Under the pieces are notes generated by a model. The model saw only the letters and a program-made list of their open reading frames with translations, was not told the origin of the DNA and did not search any database. From an uncultured virus (IMG/VR IMGVR_UViG_3300037189_026208) (lineage: Duplodnaviria; Heunggongvirae; Uroviricota; Caudoviricetes), in IMG/VR virus record IMGVR_UViG_3300037189_026208, positions 1 to 64,000 of that record: DNA of 64,000 nucleotides; one strand, written 5' to 3'. This document shows, one piece after another, positions 10,491 through 20,497 of this stretch. Position numbers and translations under genes: made by a program. Numbering within the stretch: the stretch's first letter is position 1; each line of letters opens with the position of its first letter.

Positions 10491-11231
10491 CTATTTTACC
10501 AGCGCAGAAATAATAAACTTAATAGAAGTATTTTCGTCTTCAATTTCAAAGAGTGAAATCTTTAACGTGTTGTTAACTTTAACAACAAAATGATCTGCTT
10601 TGATACCTGCTAGCATTCTAATACTTTCTAGATTGAACGGTAATGAGTTTTTAATAGGTTCACCTTCGAAGTCATTAGTTACAAAATATGTAATACTGTT
10701 GATATTTTGTCTCTCGTGATCATTAAGCTCTGCGTATACTTGATTATCTTTGCTATAAAAGTATACCTTTTCAGAATCTGTAGCAATAGAACTACCTTTT
10801 AGTATTTCATTAAATCTATTAACAGGTAATTTAAATGTAGAATCAAACTTAAGATTTTTAATCTTTTCAGGGTTAAGACTATTTTTTTGTATATAACTAT
10901 CCTCTAAAAGATAATACTTAAATCTGATATTATTAGTATCGTAAACAAGATGATTATCTTGTAAAGTTAATCTAATAATTTTATCCTCAATACAATCAAT
11001 AAGTCGTACAAATTTTTTAACATCAGGTAGATTGAGTCTTAAAATACCCTTTAAGAGGCTCGGTAGGCGTAGTTCAGCATAAAGCACTACACTACTACCA
11101 TCCTGAGAACTACACAACGCATATAACCCTTTTTCATTAGGATATATTGCTACCGTGTCAGCCAACTTACTAATTGGCTGTAAAAATTTTGTAACAAAGA
11201 CTTCTTTGTCGAGGATCAGGTCGTTGGCCAC
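10491..11231 (-). CDS. DNA polymerase sliding clamp, gp45-like
   Basis: 246 aa; VVLYAEL, LNLPDVKKFVRLI, IRFKYY, FKLP..FNEILKGS patterns of the gp45/PCNA fold; replication context. Confidence 0.75.
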   Translation of the reverse strand: MANDLILDKEVFVTKFLQPISKLADTVAIYPNEKGLYALCSSQDGSSVVLYAELRLPSLLKGILRLNLPDVKKFVRLIDCIEDKIIRLTLQDNHLVYDTNNIRFKYYLLEDSYIQKNSLNPEKIKNLKFDSTFKLPVNRFNEILKGSSIATDSEKVYFYSKDNQVYAELNDHERQNINSITYFVTNDFEGEPIKNSLPFNLESIRMLAGIKADHFVVKVNNTLKISLFEIEDENTSIKFIISALVK

Positions 11232-11710
11232 TTTTCTTCTAGAAGTTTGACAATTTCTCTTAAAGAGAGATCAATTGAGTTTAATACTTTATCTAGACCT
11301 GTATCAATTCTAGTAATTTTTTCACTATACTCTTCAAATGGTAAACTCATCTGAGGATCTGGAGGTATAGGCGGTAATACTTGTTGTACTGGTACGTAGT
11401 TTGGAATTTGTTGAGGTGTATTATTTACTTGAGCAGGTACTTGACCTGAAGAAAATATGTTTGAATGAGGCATTTCAATAGCCTGAGCTTCTCTCAAAGA
11501 GAGAGCTACTGCAGCTGCTACTTCCGGGGACGACGGTGTACCTACTACTGGTTTTGCAGAGTGCGACCCTCTAATAAAGCTTAGAGGGTCGATTTTATTC
11601 GCAGGTCCACCAGCTGGAAGAGATGTAGTATTTTCGTCTACTCTCTTAAGCTCAGAGCCAAATATCTTAGCAATAGTAGCTGTAGCTAATTGCTCGTCAA
11701 ATGTGCTCAT
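11216..11710 (-). CDS. Hypothetical Pro/Gln-rich protein
   Basis: ORF overlapping both neighbours; contains QMSLPF. Confidence 0.65.
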   Translation of the reverse strand: MSTFDEQLATATIAKIFGSELKRVDENTTSLPAGGPANKIDPLSFIRGSHSAKPVVGTPSSPEVAAAVALSLREAQAIEMPHSNIFSSGQVPAQVNNTPQQIPNYVPVQQVLPPIPPDPQMSLPFEEYSEKITRIDTGLDKVLNSIDLSLREIVKLLEEKWPTT

Positions 11711-12543
11711 TACTTAAGTTCTCTTCCAGCGTTAATAACGGCTACTGCAACCGCAGTATGAATGGATTCGTAGTGATTAACAACTACTGAGTAGTCCTTA
11801 ATACGGTTATCAAGCTCCTTATCGAGTTCTACGGCTACCTTACGTACCATATCCTCAACAAACACCGGATTCTCATACATGAGCTCGGTCTGATAAGCCT
11901 CATCAACTCGCTTAAGGGCGTTAATAATAGGTGCTGAAGCACTCTTCTCAACAATATCAATAAGATCTTCAATCCACATGATACCCTTTGACTCGTCAAT
12001 CTCAACTGTAACATCAGCTACAGAACGTTGATTATGGGCGCCGTAATCAGAGATCTCCTTAGAGCAAGGACAGAGTGACGCGTACATTACATTAACAGTT
12101 AGGTACAGACGCTCCTTACCATCAATAAGACGACCTTCCATATTACCGCGGTAGTCCATATGAGATTCAATACCAGAGACAGGAGCCTTACGCTTAAGGA
12201 AGTAATCAAACTTAATCTTGACGTACGCATTATCTGACTTCAGACGAGACTTACACTCGTGAAGAAGATCCTTAATAACCTCGTGTACGTAATAACCGTC
12301 TTTCTGTAGTACCTCTTCAATAAGGATACGATAACGGGACATATTAGTACCTTTATTCTCTGAAGTAAGATCAGTATACATACTGAACTTACCTGAACCT
12401 TCATTAACAGTACCGTCCTTTCTAATAATCTTTACAGGCAACGTAGCGTCGCGTGTACCTACCTTAGGGATGTACTTGTTAGGGAACCCGTCCTTAGTAT
12501 TCTGGATGTCGGGGATATCAGCGTTAGTTTTGATTCTAGGCAT
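11710..12543 (-). CDS. folE2: GTP cyclohydrolase IB (FolE2)
   Basis: PDIQ, KGTNMSR, KAPVSG, SLCPCSKEISDYGAHNQRS, LKRVDE, NPVFVEDMVR, ESIH. Confidence 0.96.
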   Translation of the reverse strand: MPRIKTNADIPDIQNTKDGFPNKYIPKVGTRDATLPVKIIRKDGTVNEGSGKFSMYTDLTSENKGTNMSRYRILIEEVLQKDGYYVHEVIKDLLHECKSRLKSDNAYVKIKFDYFLKRKAPVSGIESHMDYRGNMEGRLIDGKERLYLTVNVMYASLCPCSKEISDYGAHNQRSVADVTVEIDESKGIMWIEDLIDIVEKSASAPIINALKRVDEAYQTELMYENPVFVEDMVRKVAVELDKELDNRIKDYSVVVNHYESIHTAVAVAVINAGRELK

Positions 12544-12549
12544 ATGTGT

Positions 12550-12577
12550 ATTATAGGTTAAAATTAGAGACCGGCAA
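12550..12577 (-). promoter_or_regulatory. Sigma70-like promoter with a 16-nt spacer, upstream of folE2
   Basis: TTGCCG-16 nt-TATAAT, then 6 nt to ATG. Confidence 0.7.
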
Positions 12578-13442
12578 GCAATTCTTTGAGTTTCGCATCA
12601 GTATCATCTTCAACAGGAGCTGAAGCAGTTTCAACACCCTTGAAAATATCTTCAACGTCTGCTTTCTTCTTTTCAACAACCGGGACAATTGGCTCATCTG
12701 CGATGTCTTCAATATCCTCATCAGCAACATCCTGTACGCAGAAGAAGTGCTGCTCAAGCATACGTTGAAGTTCTGCTGATGACTTAGGCTTATTAAGCTT
12801 CTCAAGATCAAAGATGTTCTTGTGAATCTCTTCGAGTCTCTTAGACTCTACACCTTCTAGCTTTGAAGGTGAGGTAAATTTAGAAGAGGTATATGTAGTC
12901 ATCATACGATTACTACCTGTACCTGTACGGGATTCACACTTAATCTTGAAGGAACAACCTTCACCGACGTTAAAGATCTTAACACCGAACTCGTCAGCAT
13001 CATCACCGTCGATTGCACTATTGATGATCTTCGCAAGCTCCTTACCGTAACGGATGATCTTAACCTTGCCTTCATTATCAGGATTAGTAGGATCTGAGAT
13101 TACGTACGCGTTAACCATCCAATACTCCTTACGAGAAACGTCTCGAAGCTTATTCTTTTCTTCTTGTGTACCGGTATTGTATGTCTTGAGTACATAAGAG
13201 TCAATAGGGCAAGACTCACCGTAGGTAGAAGGACAAATGCCTGTAGTAAACTGGCCGTTGGCGTGACTCTTCCAAGAGTGATGATAGTAGTGATGAATTG
13301 TCTTCTTAGGTTCAAGAAGATTTGGTACAAGACGTACAACGTATGTCTTGCCTGCTTCGAACTTCATAATGTCCTTGTAGGGGTTATCCTTCTTGGAGAT
13401 AGAAGCTTTGATTTCGTTGAATATATTATTATTGAATGTCAT
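12564..13442 (-). CDS. gp32: Single-stranded DNA-binding protein
   Basis: VVRLVP, HYYHHSW, CPSTYGESCPI, VISDPTNPDNEGKVKI..YGK, YTSSKF, acidic tail ending LKELLAGL. Confidence 0.93.
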   Translation of the reverse strand: MTFNNNIFNEIKASISKKDNPYKDIMKFEAGKTYVVRLVPNLLEPKKTIHHYYHHSWKSHANGQFTTGICPSTYGESCPIDSYVLKTYNTGTQEEKNKLRDVSRKEYWMVNAYVISDPTNPDNEGKVKIIRYGKELAKIINSAIDGDDADEFGVKIFNVGEGCSFKIKCESRTGTGSNRMMTTYTSSKFTSPSKLEGVESKRLEEIHKNIFDLEKLNKPKSSAELQRMLEQHFFCVQDVADEDIEDIADEPIVPVVEKKKADVEDIFKGVETASAPVEDDTDAKLKELLAGL

Positions 13443-13450
13443 ATGGTGTA

Positions 13451-14119
13451 TTATACTAGTTGTTTTGTTTTGTTCAAGTTTTTATCTATAAAAAGTTTAA
13501 TTTTTATAAACGCTTCCTGAAGAAAAGGTCTTAATTTACTTGAGTTCAAGTACTTCGATTTATAGTCAAAGTATCTTAATGCGAAATCACCTAAAAGTAA
13601 TTCCTGTTCATCAGAAGGTATTTGATTTATTAAATCAGAAATGTTGGAAAATTCCATTAAAGAATACAAATTAATTTGTTTTTTCTTTATATGATACATC
13701 CATTCAGGCTCTATACCTTTTAAACAGAATGTAGGATACTCAGTTAAGTCAATACTATTATCAATACAGAACTTCGCTATAAATCTTAATGAGTCAGTTA
13801 CATCTTCAATTTGACTATCAGGGGATTTATGCAATAGTTCTTGTTTATAAATTGTATACGATTTTAAAGCTCTGGGAGATGCAAAATAGCCCAAATCAAA
13901 ATATTCTACATCCGGGTAAAGCTTATACGGAGCCATAAAATATGTATCAAGATCCAGATCTGGATATTTTGTAGCTAAAACAGCTATACGTTTTACAGAG
14001 ATATATTTTGAATCATCCTCAAAACCTGTAAAATTATTTTTTAGCTTAAAAGGTTTATTTCGTAAAGAACGAGATACCGCTAAATGTTTGTTGTAAATTC
14101 TTTTTTCTAGTTCAGTCAC
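13451..14119 (-). CDS. Hypothetical protein, possibly the helicase loader (gp59-like)
   Basis: 222 aa, aromatic/basic, immediately upstream of gp32 as gene 59 is in T4; no decisive motif. Confidence 0.4.
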   Translation of the reverse strand: MTELEKRIYNKHLAVSRSLRNKPFKLKNNFTGFEDDSKYISVKRIAVLATKYPDLDLDTYFMAPYKLYPDVEYFDLGYFASPRALKSYTIYKQELLHKSPDSQIEDVTDSLRFIAKFCIDNSIDLTEYPTFCLKGIEPEWMYHIKKKQINLYSLMEFSNISDLINQIPSDEQELLLGDFALRYFDYKSKYLNSSKLRPFLQEAFIKIKLFIDKNLNKTKQLV

Positions 14120-14424
14120 TTTTTAATCGATTTTTTAAATAGTTTTTTTGTATTCTTCGATTTTATAAGCGCCGGGTAAAGTTGCAAGAGTCCTAATAGA
14201 GCTTCTTTAGTATTTTCTGAGCCTGTAACTTCTATAAAAAGTTCTCTTAATTCTAAATTCTCTAAAATTGAATTAAAAAATGTTGATGGGTTTATTCTTT
14301 TATTATGTAAAATAGAAAGATAAGAACCGAACACCAATACACCTCTAATGTATTCCTGAGAACATATCTGTTCAAGAGAGTTATTTTGAAATACAAAGTT
14401 CTCTAGGGTTTGTTCTGTTAACAT
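14116..14424 (-). CDS. Hypothetical protein
   Basis: ORF with ATGA overlap to the next gene; TAAATA upstream. Confidence 0.65.
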   Translation of the reverse strand: MLTEQTLENFVFQNNSLEQICSQEYIRGVLVFGSYLSILHNKRINPSTFFNSILENLELRELFIEVTGSENTKEALLGLLQLYPALIKSKNTKKLFKKSIKK

Positions 14425-14467
14425 ATAATAACAACTATTTACATCAAAGTTGTTACTAAATCCATTT

Positions 14468-15814
14468 TTATGTTAATTGCTCTTCTAGCTTTTGTAATGC
14501 ATTTTGAGCTTCAGATACTGCTAATTGAGGATTGTCTGTGCTAAAGAAATCAGGGTTAGTTTCAGTAAGAGTTAAGGTTTCATATTTAACCTTAAACGCA
14601 CAATGACCGTAATTAGCGCCGAATCTGTTTTTAGTCATACCGAGCTTAATAACACCTAATTCTTTATCTTCATCTTCTTGCCAAAGCGAGCAAATAACAT
14701 CACAGGTTGCAGCAAGACCAATACTCTCAGAAATGCCTTCCATACCTGGAGAAGATGTATTAAAAGCACCTCGATTAAGCTGCGATGCAGTAACAAACGG
14801 TATATTATATTTGAATGCTAGTGCACGTAATTGCTCTGCAATCTCTTTTACAGTTTCGTACGAGTTTTGGTTCTTTGTAGTTGGTTTAAGCAAGTTGATA
14901 TAATCAATTACAACTACATCGGGTTTAAAATTATGATGTTGTAGTTTTGTCATATAACCGTCAATTTGACGCACGGTTACAGTTTTAGGAGGAAACTCCT
15001 TAATAACAAGCTTACTATCTAGCTGTGCTTTAATATTACGTACCTGATCTTTAAGTTCATCAGTATACATTTTTAATTCGTTGTGCGGTATCTGAGTAAT
15101 CTGAGCACTAACCCTCTTAGCATACATATGCTCAGACATTTCAAGAGATATAAGAAGTACGTTCTTGTTTCTAAGAACATAATTAGCTGCTATATTACCT
15201 AAGAAAATACTCTTACCAATATTAACTTGACCTACTAAACAGTAGAGAGATTTAGGAAATAACCCACCTTCTATTTTCTCATCAAGAAACTTCCAACCTG
15301 TAGGAATAGGGTTATATATGGTGGTTAGCTCTTTAATATGTTCATCAATATCGTCAAAATACCAATGACCTAAATTCTCTGTTAAACTTATATTATAAGC
15401 TTTTTCAAATTGTTGTAAGATTTCTGCAGTGTCAGCTTTACCTTGTGCAAACTTATCTGCAGTATCAACAATAGTGTTATACAGACAACGCTCTTTTAAG
15501 AAATGCTCTGTATTAGCAAGCAATTCGTCTCGATTAAACTTATTATCGATACGCTTTAACTTATCTGCTACCTCGTTAAACGCTCTCTTCTCTTCATCAG
15601 AAGTTAAGCGAGTTTTAATTTCAGTGTGATTAGGTACTGCACCTCTTTCGGTAAAGAAAGAGGTTACTACCTTAAAAATAGTAGCGATATTTTTATCACT
15701 AAAATACGTAGGATCTACGTATTCTATAATAGTAGAGAGATATTCCTGACTTACTAACGAATTATATAGAATGATATTTTCGTAATAGTCAAGGTCGAGT
15801 TTGCTATTAGACAT
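14468..15814 (-). CDS. gp41: Replicative DnaB-like helicase
   Basis: IPTGW, GQVNIGKS Walker A, ISLEMSE, IKEFP, VIDYINL, TASQLNR, KNRFG. Confidence 0.95.
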   Translation of the reverse strand: MSNSKLDLDYYENIILYNSLVSQEYLSTIIEYVDPTYFSDKNIATIFKVVTSFFTERGAVPNHTEIKTRLTSDEEKRAFNEVADKLKRIDNKFNRDELLANTEHFLKERCLYNTIVDTADKFAQGKADTAEILQQFEKAYNISLTENLGHWYFDDIDEHIKELTTIYNPIPTGWKFLDEKIEGGLFPKSLYCLVGQVNIGKSIFLGNIAANYVLRNKNVLLISLEMSEHMYAKRVSAQITQIPHNELKMYTDELKDQVRNIKAQLDSKLVIKEFPPKTVTVRQIDGYMTKLQHHNFKPDVVVIDYINLLKPTTKNQNSYETVKEIAEQLRALAFKYNIPFVTASQLNRGAFNTSSPGMEGISESIGLAATCDVICSLWQEDEDKELGVIKLGMTKNRFGANYGHCAFKVKYETLTLTETNPDFFSTDNPQLAVSEAQNALQKLEEQLT

Positions 15815-16920
15815 TAGCTATCGATATTATCGACTTCCTCTTCGAGATCTACTGTAGAACTCGTACCGTAACAAAGTTTTTCTTGAAGAGCCTTTTCAAT
15901 GTCTGGCATAATCTTTTCCCAGAATTTAGCATCCTTTTCAAGATCTTTACGGTAACCAAGGCTTTCACCTTTATACAAAACAGTACGACCTGGCTTCTCA
16001 ATAACTCCAAAAGCTTCTGCAATCTCAAAAAGACCAGCATGCTTATCAAGACCTGTCTTAAAGTTGAGATACAACTCAGTTTTAAGGTAAGAAGGCACAA
16101 AGCGGTTTTTTACTGTTAATGCACCTAGTGTAACACCTGAGATGTTGTGAGCAATAGCTACAGACTCTTCATTTGGATTATCACTCGCTTTTTCATTACG
16201 GGTGCTAAGTTGTACAAGCACAGAAGCAAGATAGATCGGGCCTTTACCACCGCTCTGTGTTTTAACAAGTGTCGGAAACATTTCCATGCCTTCATAGATA
16301 TGGTTACTAAAGAGAATAGGTACTTTAGCTTTAGCAGCTTTATACGTAAGAATACGCATCATTGATTTAATAGCTTTTGCTCTTTGTCCTACATCTGCTG
16401 CATCCTTACCGGCTGCGGAATCTTTAATTTCTTTAGCACTAGCTAGATTACCTAGTGAATCAATAGCTACAATAAATTTTAAATCGGGGTTATTAGCCTT
16501 GATAACGTTATCAAGGAATGCGCACATTTGATTACGACAATCTTCAATTGTCTCAACAGGGTAATACTTAACTCGGGAAGTATCCATACCAGCGCCTTCA
16601 GCACTTTTCTTATCTACGGCAACCTCAGAGTCCCAAATAACAGGGATATAACCTTTCTTCTGAGCGTTAGCCATAATCTTATTCATAATAAGGGTTTTGC
16701 CAGCCATCGAGGGACCAGCAAAACCCGTAATACGTCCTCCAGGTATACCTTTATACATGGAGCCTGAAATAATAGCATTTAAGGCAAAAGACCCTGTATC
16801 GATCCAATCTTCTGCAGTTGATAGAGTTGCAGCATCGAGTACTGCAGCGTCTGGATTTAAATCATCAACAGATTTAAAAATATCTTTTAAATTCGAGAGG
16901 TCGTTTTTGTCTTTTGCCAT
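15814..16920 (-). CDS. uvsX: RecA-like recombinase
   Basis: IDTGSFALNAIISG, GPSMAGKT, WDSE, IDSLGNL, SGGKG. Confidence 0.95.
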   Translation of the reverse strand: MAKDKNDLSNLKDIFKSVDDLNPDAAVLDAATLSTAEDWIDTGSFALNAIISGSMYKGIPGGRITGFAGPSMAGKTLIMNKIMANAQKKGYIPVIWDSEVAVDKKSAEGAGMDTSRVKYYPVETIEDCRNQMCAFLDNVIKANNPDLKFIVAIDSLGNLASAKEIKDSAAGKDAADVGQRAKAIKSMMRILTYKAAKAKVPILFSNHIYEGMEMFPTLVKTQSGGKGPIYLASVLVQLSTRNEKASDNPNEESVAIAHNISGVTLGALTVKNRFVPSYLKTELYLNFKTGLDKHAGLFEIAEAFGVIEKPGRTVLYKGESLGYRKDLEKDAKFWEKIMPDIEKALQEKLCYGTSSTVDLEEEVDNIDS

Positions 16921-16961
16921 AATGCGATATAATAGTATATCTTTAGATTAAGTCAATACTA

Positions 16962-17330
16962 TTAATCCTCGAATAGCTTTACTACCTGAGGTTCACCCTG
17001 AGCAGGCTGAGGTGCTGCAGGAAGAGCAGCAAAGATCTGCTTATACTGAGCATCAAGCTTAAAGTCAAAGGCAATATCCTCAGACTCCGTAATAAGATTA
17101 CGCTGATACTTCCAGTATGTAGCTTCTGTCTTATCAGCCTGAAACTCTCTAAAGAAGAGAGGCAGAATCTGAAGAGCCAGCTGACCGGTTTGCTGATTAG
17201 GCATTACCTGTACTACTGCGGGATTCTTGACTGTAAGAACAGCATCGGTTGTTCTCTCATCAACGCGCTCTGCAATAACAGTGCGGCCAATTGTGTCAAG
17301 GAATGTGATTAGTTTTGTTGTTTCGCTCAT
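16962..17330 (-). CDS. Hypothetical small beta-rich protein
   Basis: Strong codon bias; own TATAAT upstream; resembles small Sm-like proteins near T4-like replication genes (weak). Confidence 0.65.
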   Translation of the reverse strand: MSETTKLITFLDTIGRTVIAERVDERTTDAVLTVKNPAVVQVMPNQQTGQLALQILPLFFREFQADKTEATYWKYQRNLITESEDIAFDFKLDAQYKQIFAALPAAPQPAQGEPQVVKLFED

Positions 17331-17365
17331 ATCGTTAATATATTATATTGGTTTGTTGTGTAATT

Positions 17366-18295
17366 CTACTGCCCCATTGCTTTATTTGTGTATTTGTTCA
17401 CGTTGAACAAAGCTTCGGGTAGTAGATCGGCTCTAGAAGCTCTTGCAGGATTAATATCCAGTGAACCTCTACGGGAGTAAAGAAGAGTAACACAGCAATC
17501 AGTTACTTCAGGATGCTTCATAATAGTTGTAAATAGTTTCTCAGCACAAAACTCATGAAATTCATTAACTTCACGGAGAGATACAATCTGCTTAAAAAGA
17601 GACTCCGGATCAACTGCCATGCCGTCTTTTGTCTTAATAAGAATATATGCTGCACCTGTATCCTTCTGTTTAGTATGACGGCAACGTGAACGAAGAGCAT
17701 TAGTAAACCAGCGACTTGTTACGGGCTGATTGTCTTCTGGATGCAACTTATAAAACTTAAGATGATCTACCTGAGAGGAATAGTCAGTTATTTCAATAGA
17801 ATCTGCTTTACCGTAGAGTTCCCAATAAAGATCGAGATATTCATCTTCGAACGCATTATACGAATTTACATCTGAACCTGACGGAAAGAAGCAAACATGT
17901 ACAGGTGTCTGTAGAGCAGCTTCAAGATCTTTCTTAACTTGCTCTTCGTAGTTAACGATAGCTTCCTTAATAGAACTACCCATCTTACACATATCAAAAG
18001 AATTGAGATAGAGTTTAGCAGACTTTGACTCTACCATAAACTTTGACTCAGCAGGGTATGTATACTTTAACGTACCTGCTACAGGGTAGCCGTTATCGAG
18101 GAGAAATGTTGCTTCGTGGCAATGCCATGTATCAAAACCGACAAATTCATTGCCGGTAATACCGTGATCAGCTCTCGCTAATTCTCTTGGCATTGGATTA
18201 AGCAATGATGGATCAAATTGCTCGGTATAAATTGCGTACGAAGCTGAAGATCCAAGTGTCTTCGACGCAATATCAGTTAGGTTTGTTGTACTCAT
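17366..18295 (-). CDS. queF: NADPH-dependent preQ0 reductase, bimodular (type II) QueF
   Basis: VESKSAKLYLNSF QueF motif; LRSRC...QKDTG (catalytic Cys/Asp); EFHEFC; YSRRGSLDINP. Confidence 0.93.
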   Translation of the reverse strand: MSTTNLTDIASKTLGSSASYAIYTEQFDPSLLNPMPRELARADHGITGNEFVGFDTWHCHEATFLLDNGYPVAGTLKYTYPAESKFMVESKSAKLYLNSFDMCKMGSSIKEAIVNYEEQVKKDLEAALQTPVHVCFFPSGSDVNSYNAFEDEYLDLYWELYGKADSIEITDYSSQVDHLKFYKLHPEDNQPVTSRWFTNALRSRCRHTKQKDTGAAYILIKTKDGMAVDPESLFKQIVSLREVNEFHEFCAEKLFTTIMKHPEVTDCCVTLLYSRRGSLDINPARASRADLLPEALFNVNKYTNKAMGQ

Positions 18296-18852
18296 AATTC
18301 GTAAGGGTTGTTATATTCGTATTTTTGTGTTTCCCAGCGTTCAATAGAATTAAGCACTTGCATAACTCTATTTTCAACTGAACCTGAAATTCTAATAACA
18401 GGAACTTTATACGATTGTATAATAGCTTGAAACGATTGCACTACACATTCAAAGAAATCTCTATTAACAGTTCGTTGACCGTCTTCTACTAACGGCAATT
18501 CCGGTTCAACATAAAAAATAATATCATATCTATCAATCATTGCATAAAACAATTCTCTAATAGCACTCAGCACTTTTAAGTCTTTAACCAAAGACATTGA
18601 GTATGCATAACCATCTAAAGCACAACGATCGTAAATAATATTACCGTCTTCATTAAGACGCTGAAGATGTTTAGTCATAATAGCTAATTGAGTTACCTCA
18701 TCACCATCCTCATTTATATTATAACCTGCCTCCTGCATACCTCTTGTTAAAGAAGTTTTAAAAGAAAAATCATCTAATAAACCGCTATCTTGTAACGCAT
18801 TTACAAGAGTAGTTTTACCTTGACTATGAGCTCCTGAAATAGCTACCTTCAT
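18292..18852 (-). CDS. P-loop nucleoside/nucleotide kinase-like protein (AAA_28/NadR-type)
   Basis: ISGAHSQGKTT, IYDRCALD, YDIIFY, EDGQR. Confidence 0.85.
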   Translation of the reverse strand: MKVAISGAHSQGKTTLVNALQDSGLLDDFSFKTSLTRGMQEAGYNINEDGDEVTQLAIMTKHLQRLNEDGNIIYDRCALDGYAYSMSLVKDLKVLSAIRELFYAMIDRYDIIFYVEPELPLVEDGQRTVNRDFFECVVQSFQAIIQSYKVPVIRISGSVENRVMQVLNSIERWETQKYEYNNPYEL

Positions 18853-19388
18853 GCTGAATATAATAACCTCTTATTCAAAAATGTAAACCATAAATTTGTA
18901 GCATCCTTATGAAGTTTTTCTAAAACTTCAAACTCAAGTACCCCTTCTATAAGAATTGTACTATACTCTTCTATTTTACCGCCATCAAGTTCGGCAGTAC
19001 AGCGATGAATTGTATTACCTGACCATTTCTGAAGTTCTTGTACAGCTCTTTTTTGAGGGTCCTTGCCTTTAAGATGAGGATGAAGCAAGAGATTAGCAGG
19101 ATGTAGATTATATATTTCATACTCTTCACATATTTCACCCGGTATAATCCTCAACCATCCGTGTAACGTAACGAATGCGTTTTTAGGTATATGATGTTTA
19201 TACTCTTCTATAGAAGGCGATTTACTAATTTGAAAAATTCTAGCTCCAAACTCGTTAATAAGTTTTTGATTAACGCCGTTTAAATCCTGTCTATTGGTTA
19301 TAATAAGATCAGGTGTACGGTTAAGTTTCTTTGAAAGATTGTAAATCTCACTACCTGTTTGACTAAAAAAAGTTACCCAAGGTCTCAT
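18849..19388 (-). CDS. PurN-like formyltransferase, candidate preQ1 formyltransferase (DpdN-like)
   Basis: FFSQTGS, LHGWLRII, YNLHP, GNTIH, LDGGKI match formyltetrahydrofolate-dependent transferase motifs; lies between the dpdA-like gene and queF. Confidence 0.85.
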   Translation of the reverse strand: MRPWVTFFSQTGSEIYNLSKKLNRTPDLIITNRQDLNGVNQKLINEFGARIFQISKSPSIEEYKHHIPKNAFVTLHGWLRIIPGEICEEYEIYNLHPANLLLHPHLKGKDPQKRAVQELQKWSGNTIHRCTAELDGGKIEEYSTILIEGVLEFEVLEKLHKDATNLWFTFLNKRLLYSA

Positions 19389-20239
19389 GATACGAACGTA
19401 CAGAGCTTTTTAAATACGTGTGTGTTGTACAAAACATCAGTAATTTGTTCAGATGTTAATGTAGAGCTAATAAAATCAACAAGCTTTACTGACCATTTTT
19501 CATCTAATCCTCTAAGAAGACCGTAACGCTTACCTAAGATAGCTGCAACAATTGGGTTCGATGTGTCAATTGTTTCAATACATTTAAGATTTTGAAATCC
19601 AAACTCCCAGGGTACACTACATCCTAGTAGATGATGAGGTTTATCATGATTAATAATGCCGTCTCTATACAACCTTTCAATAAGACATATACGACCTAAA
19701 GCATAATTTGACCATTTATTAAATTTAAAATCTTTTAAAACGTCAGGTATCATATCTCCCCAGTCAAGTTCCTTTTGAACGCTCGCAAGATCAGGCCATT
19801 CGTTAAGATAAAAACTATAATCGAATGAAATAGCGATCTTATCTGCTATACTCGACATAAAACGATAACATTTTACAATCTCCTCATATGTCTTACCTTG
19901 AACAACACCTATTGTCTTACCTGGTAGTACAGAATATTTCTCAGTAAATTTTGCGTAGCTTTCGATTGTTTCTTCAGTATTTTCAAGTACATCTGGTACA
20001 ATGTATTCAGTTGGTTTAAGACGAGATACCCAATAAGCGAATTCGTCAGAATCATATGCTGTACCTAACTCAAAAATTGAGTTGTCAAGAAGAACATGTC
20101 TGCCTTCTTTAACTGAATCTTCAAAGAACTTATAATATTCAGGATGCTCTTTAAATAGATGTACAAGCGCATAATCATAATCATTATAAGATTTTGATAC
20201 ATCTAGGAAAGATATAGGTGTCTCGTGGCTAATTAACAT
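19385..20239 (-). CDS. dpdA: TGT-fold 7-deazaguanine transglycosylase/ribosyltransferase (DpdA-like, probably DpdA3 type)
   Basis: LLDNSIFE, IVPDV, GVVQG, HHLLG, DTSNP correspond to TGT/DpdA motifs; deazaguanine operon context. Confidence 0.8.
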   Translation of the reverse strand: MLISHETPISFLDVSKSYNDYDYALVHLFKEHPEYYKFFEDSVKEGRHVLLDNSIFELGTAYDSDEFAYWVSRLKPTEYIVPDVLENTEETIESYAKFTEKYSVLPGKTIGVVQGKTYEEIVKCYRFMSSIADKIAISFDYSFYLNEWPDLASVQKELDWGDMIPDVLKDFKFNKWSNYALGRICLIERLYRDGIINHDKPHHLLGCSVPWEFGFQNLKCIETIDTSNPIVAAILGKRYGLLRGLDEKWSVKLVDFISSTLTSEQITDVLYNTHVFKKLCTFVS

Positions 20240-20257
20240 AAATATTGATCAATAATA

Positions 20258-20497
20258 ATGTCTAACGAAGAAGATATCCAGTATATAATTGTAAAAAAAT
20301 TAGTCTACGTGATAAAAGTAGGGCCTATTTATTTTTGGGATACAGCTGCTACAAATAAAGCTGAATGTCTTAGAAAAGGTTTACAGTTTTTTAAAGTAGA
20401 AAGTGAACATCTTTTAAAAATTAAAGGTGCTGAATTAATACGTTTATTTACAAAAGAAATTATAGCTCAAGATAATAAATCAAATAAGTCTGTTTGA
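20258..20497 (+). CDS. Hypothetical protein
   Basis: Only ORF filling the gap between dpdA and the polymerase gene. Confidence 0.5.
   Translation: MSNEEDIQYIIVKKLVYVIKVGPIYFWDTAATNKAECLRKGLQFFKVESEHLLKIKGAELIRLFTKEIIAQDNKSNKSV

Noticed and set aside
18849..19388. Plain purN purine-biosynthesis auxiliary gene
   Set aside because: No other pur genes are in the window, and it is translationally coupled between the dpdA-like, kinase and queF genes, favouring a base-modification role.
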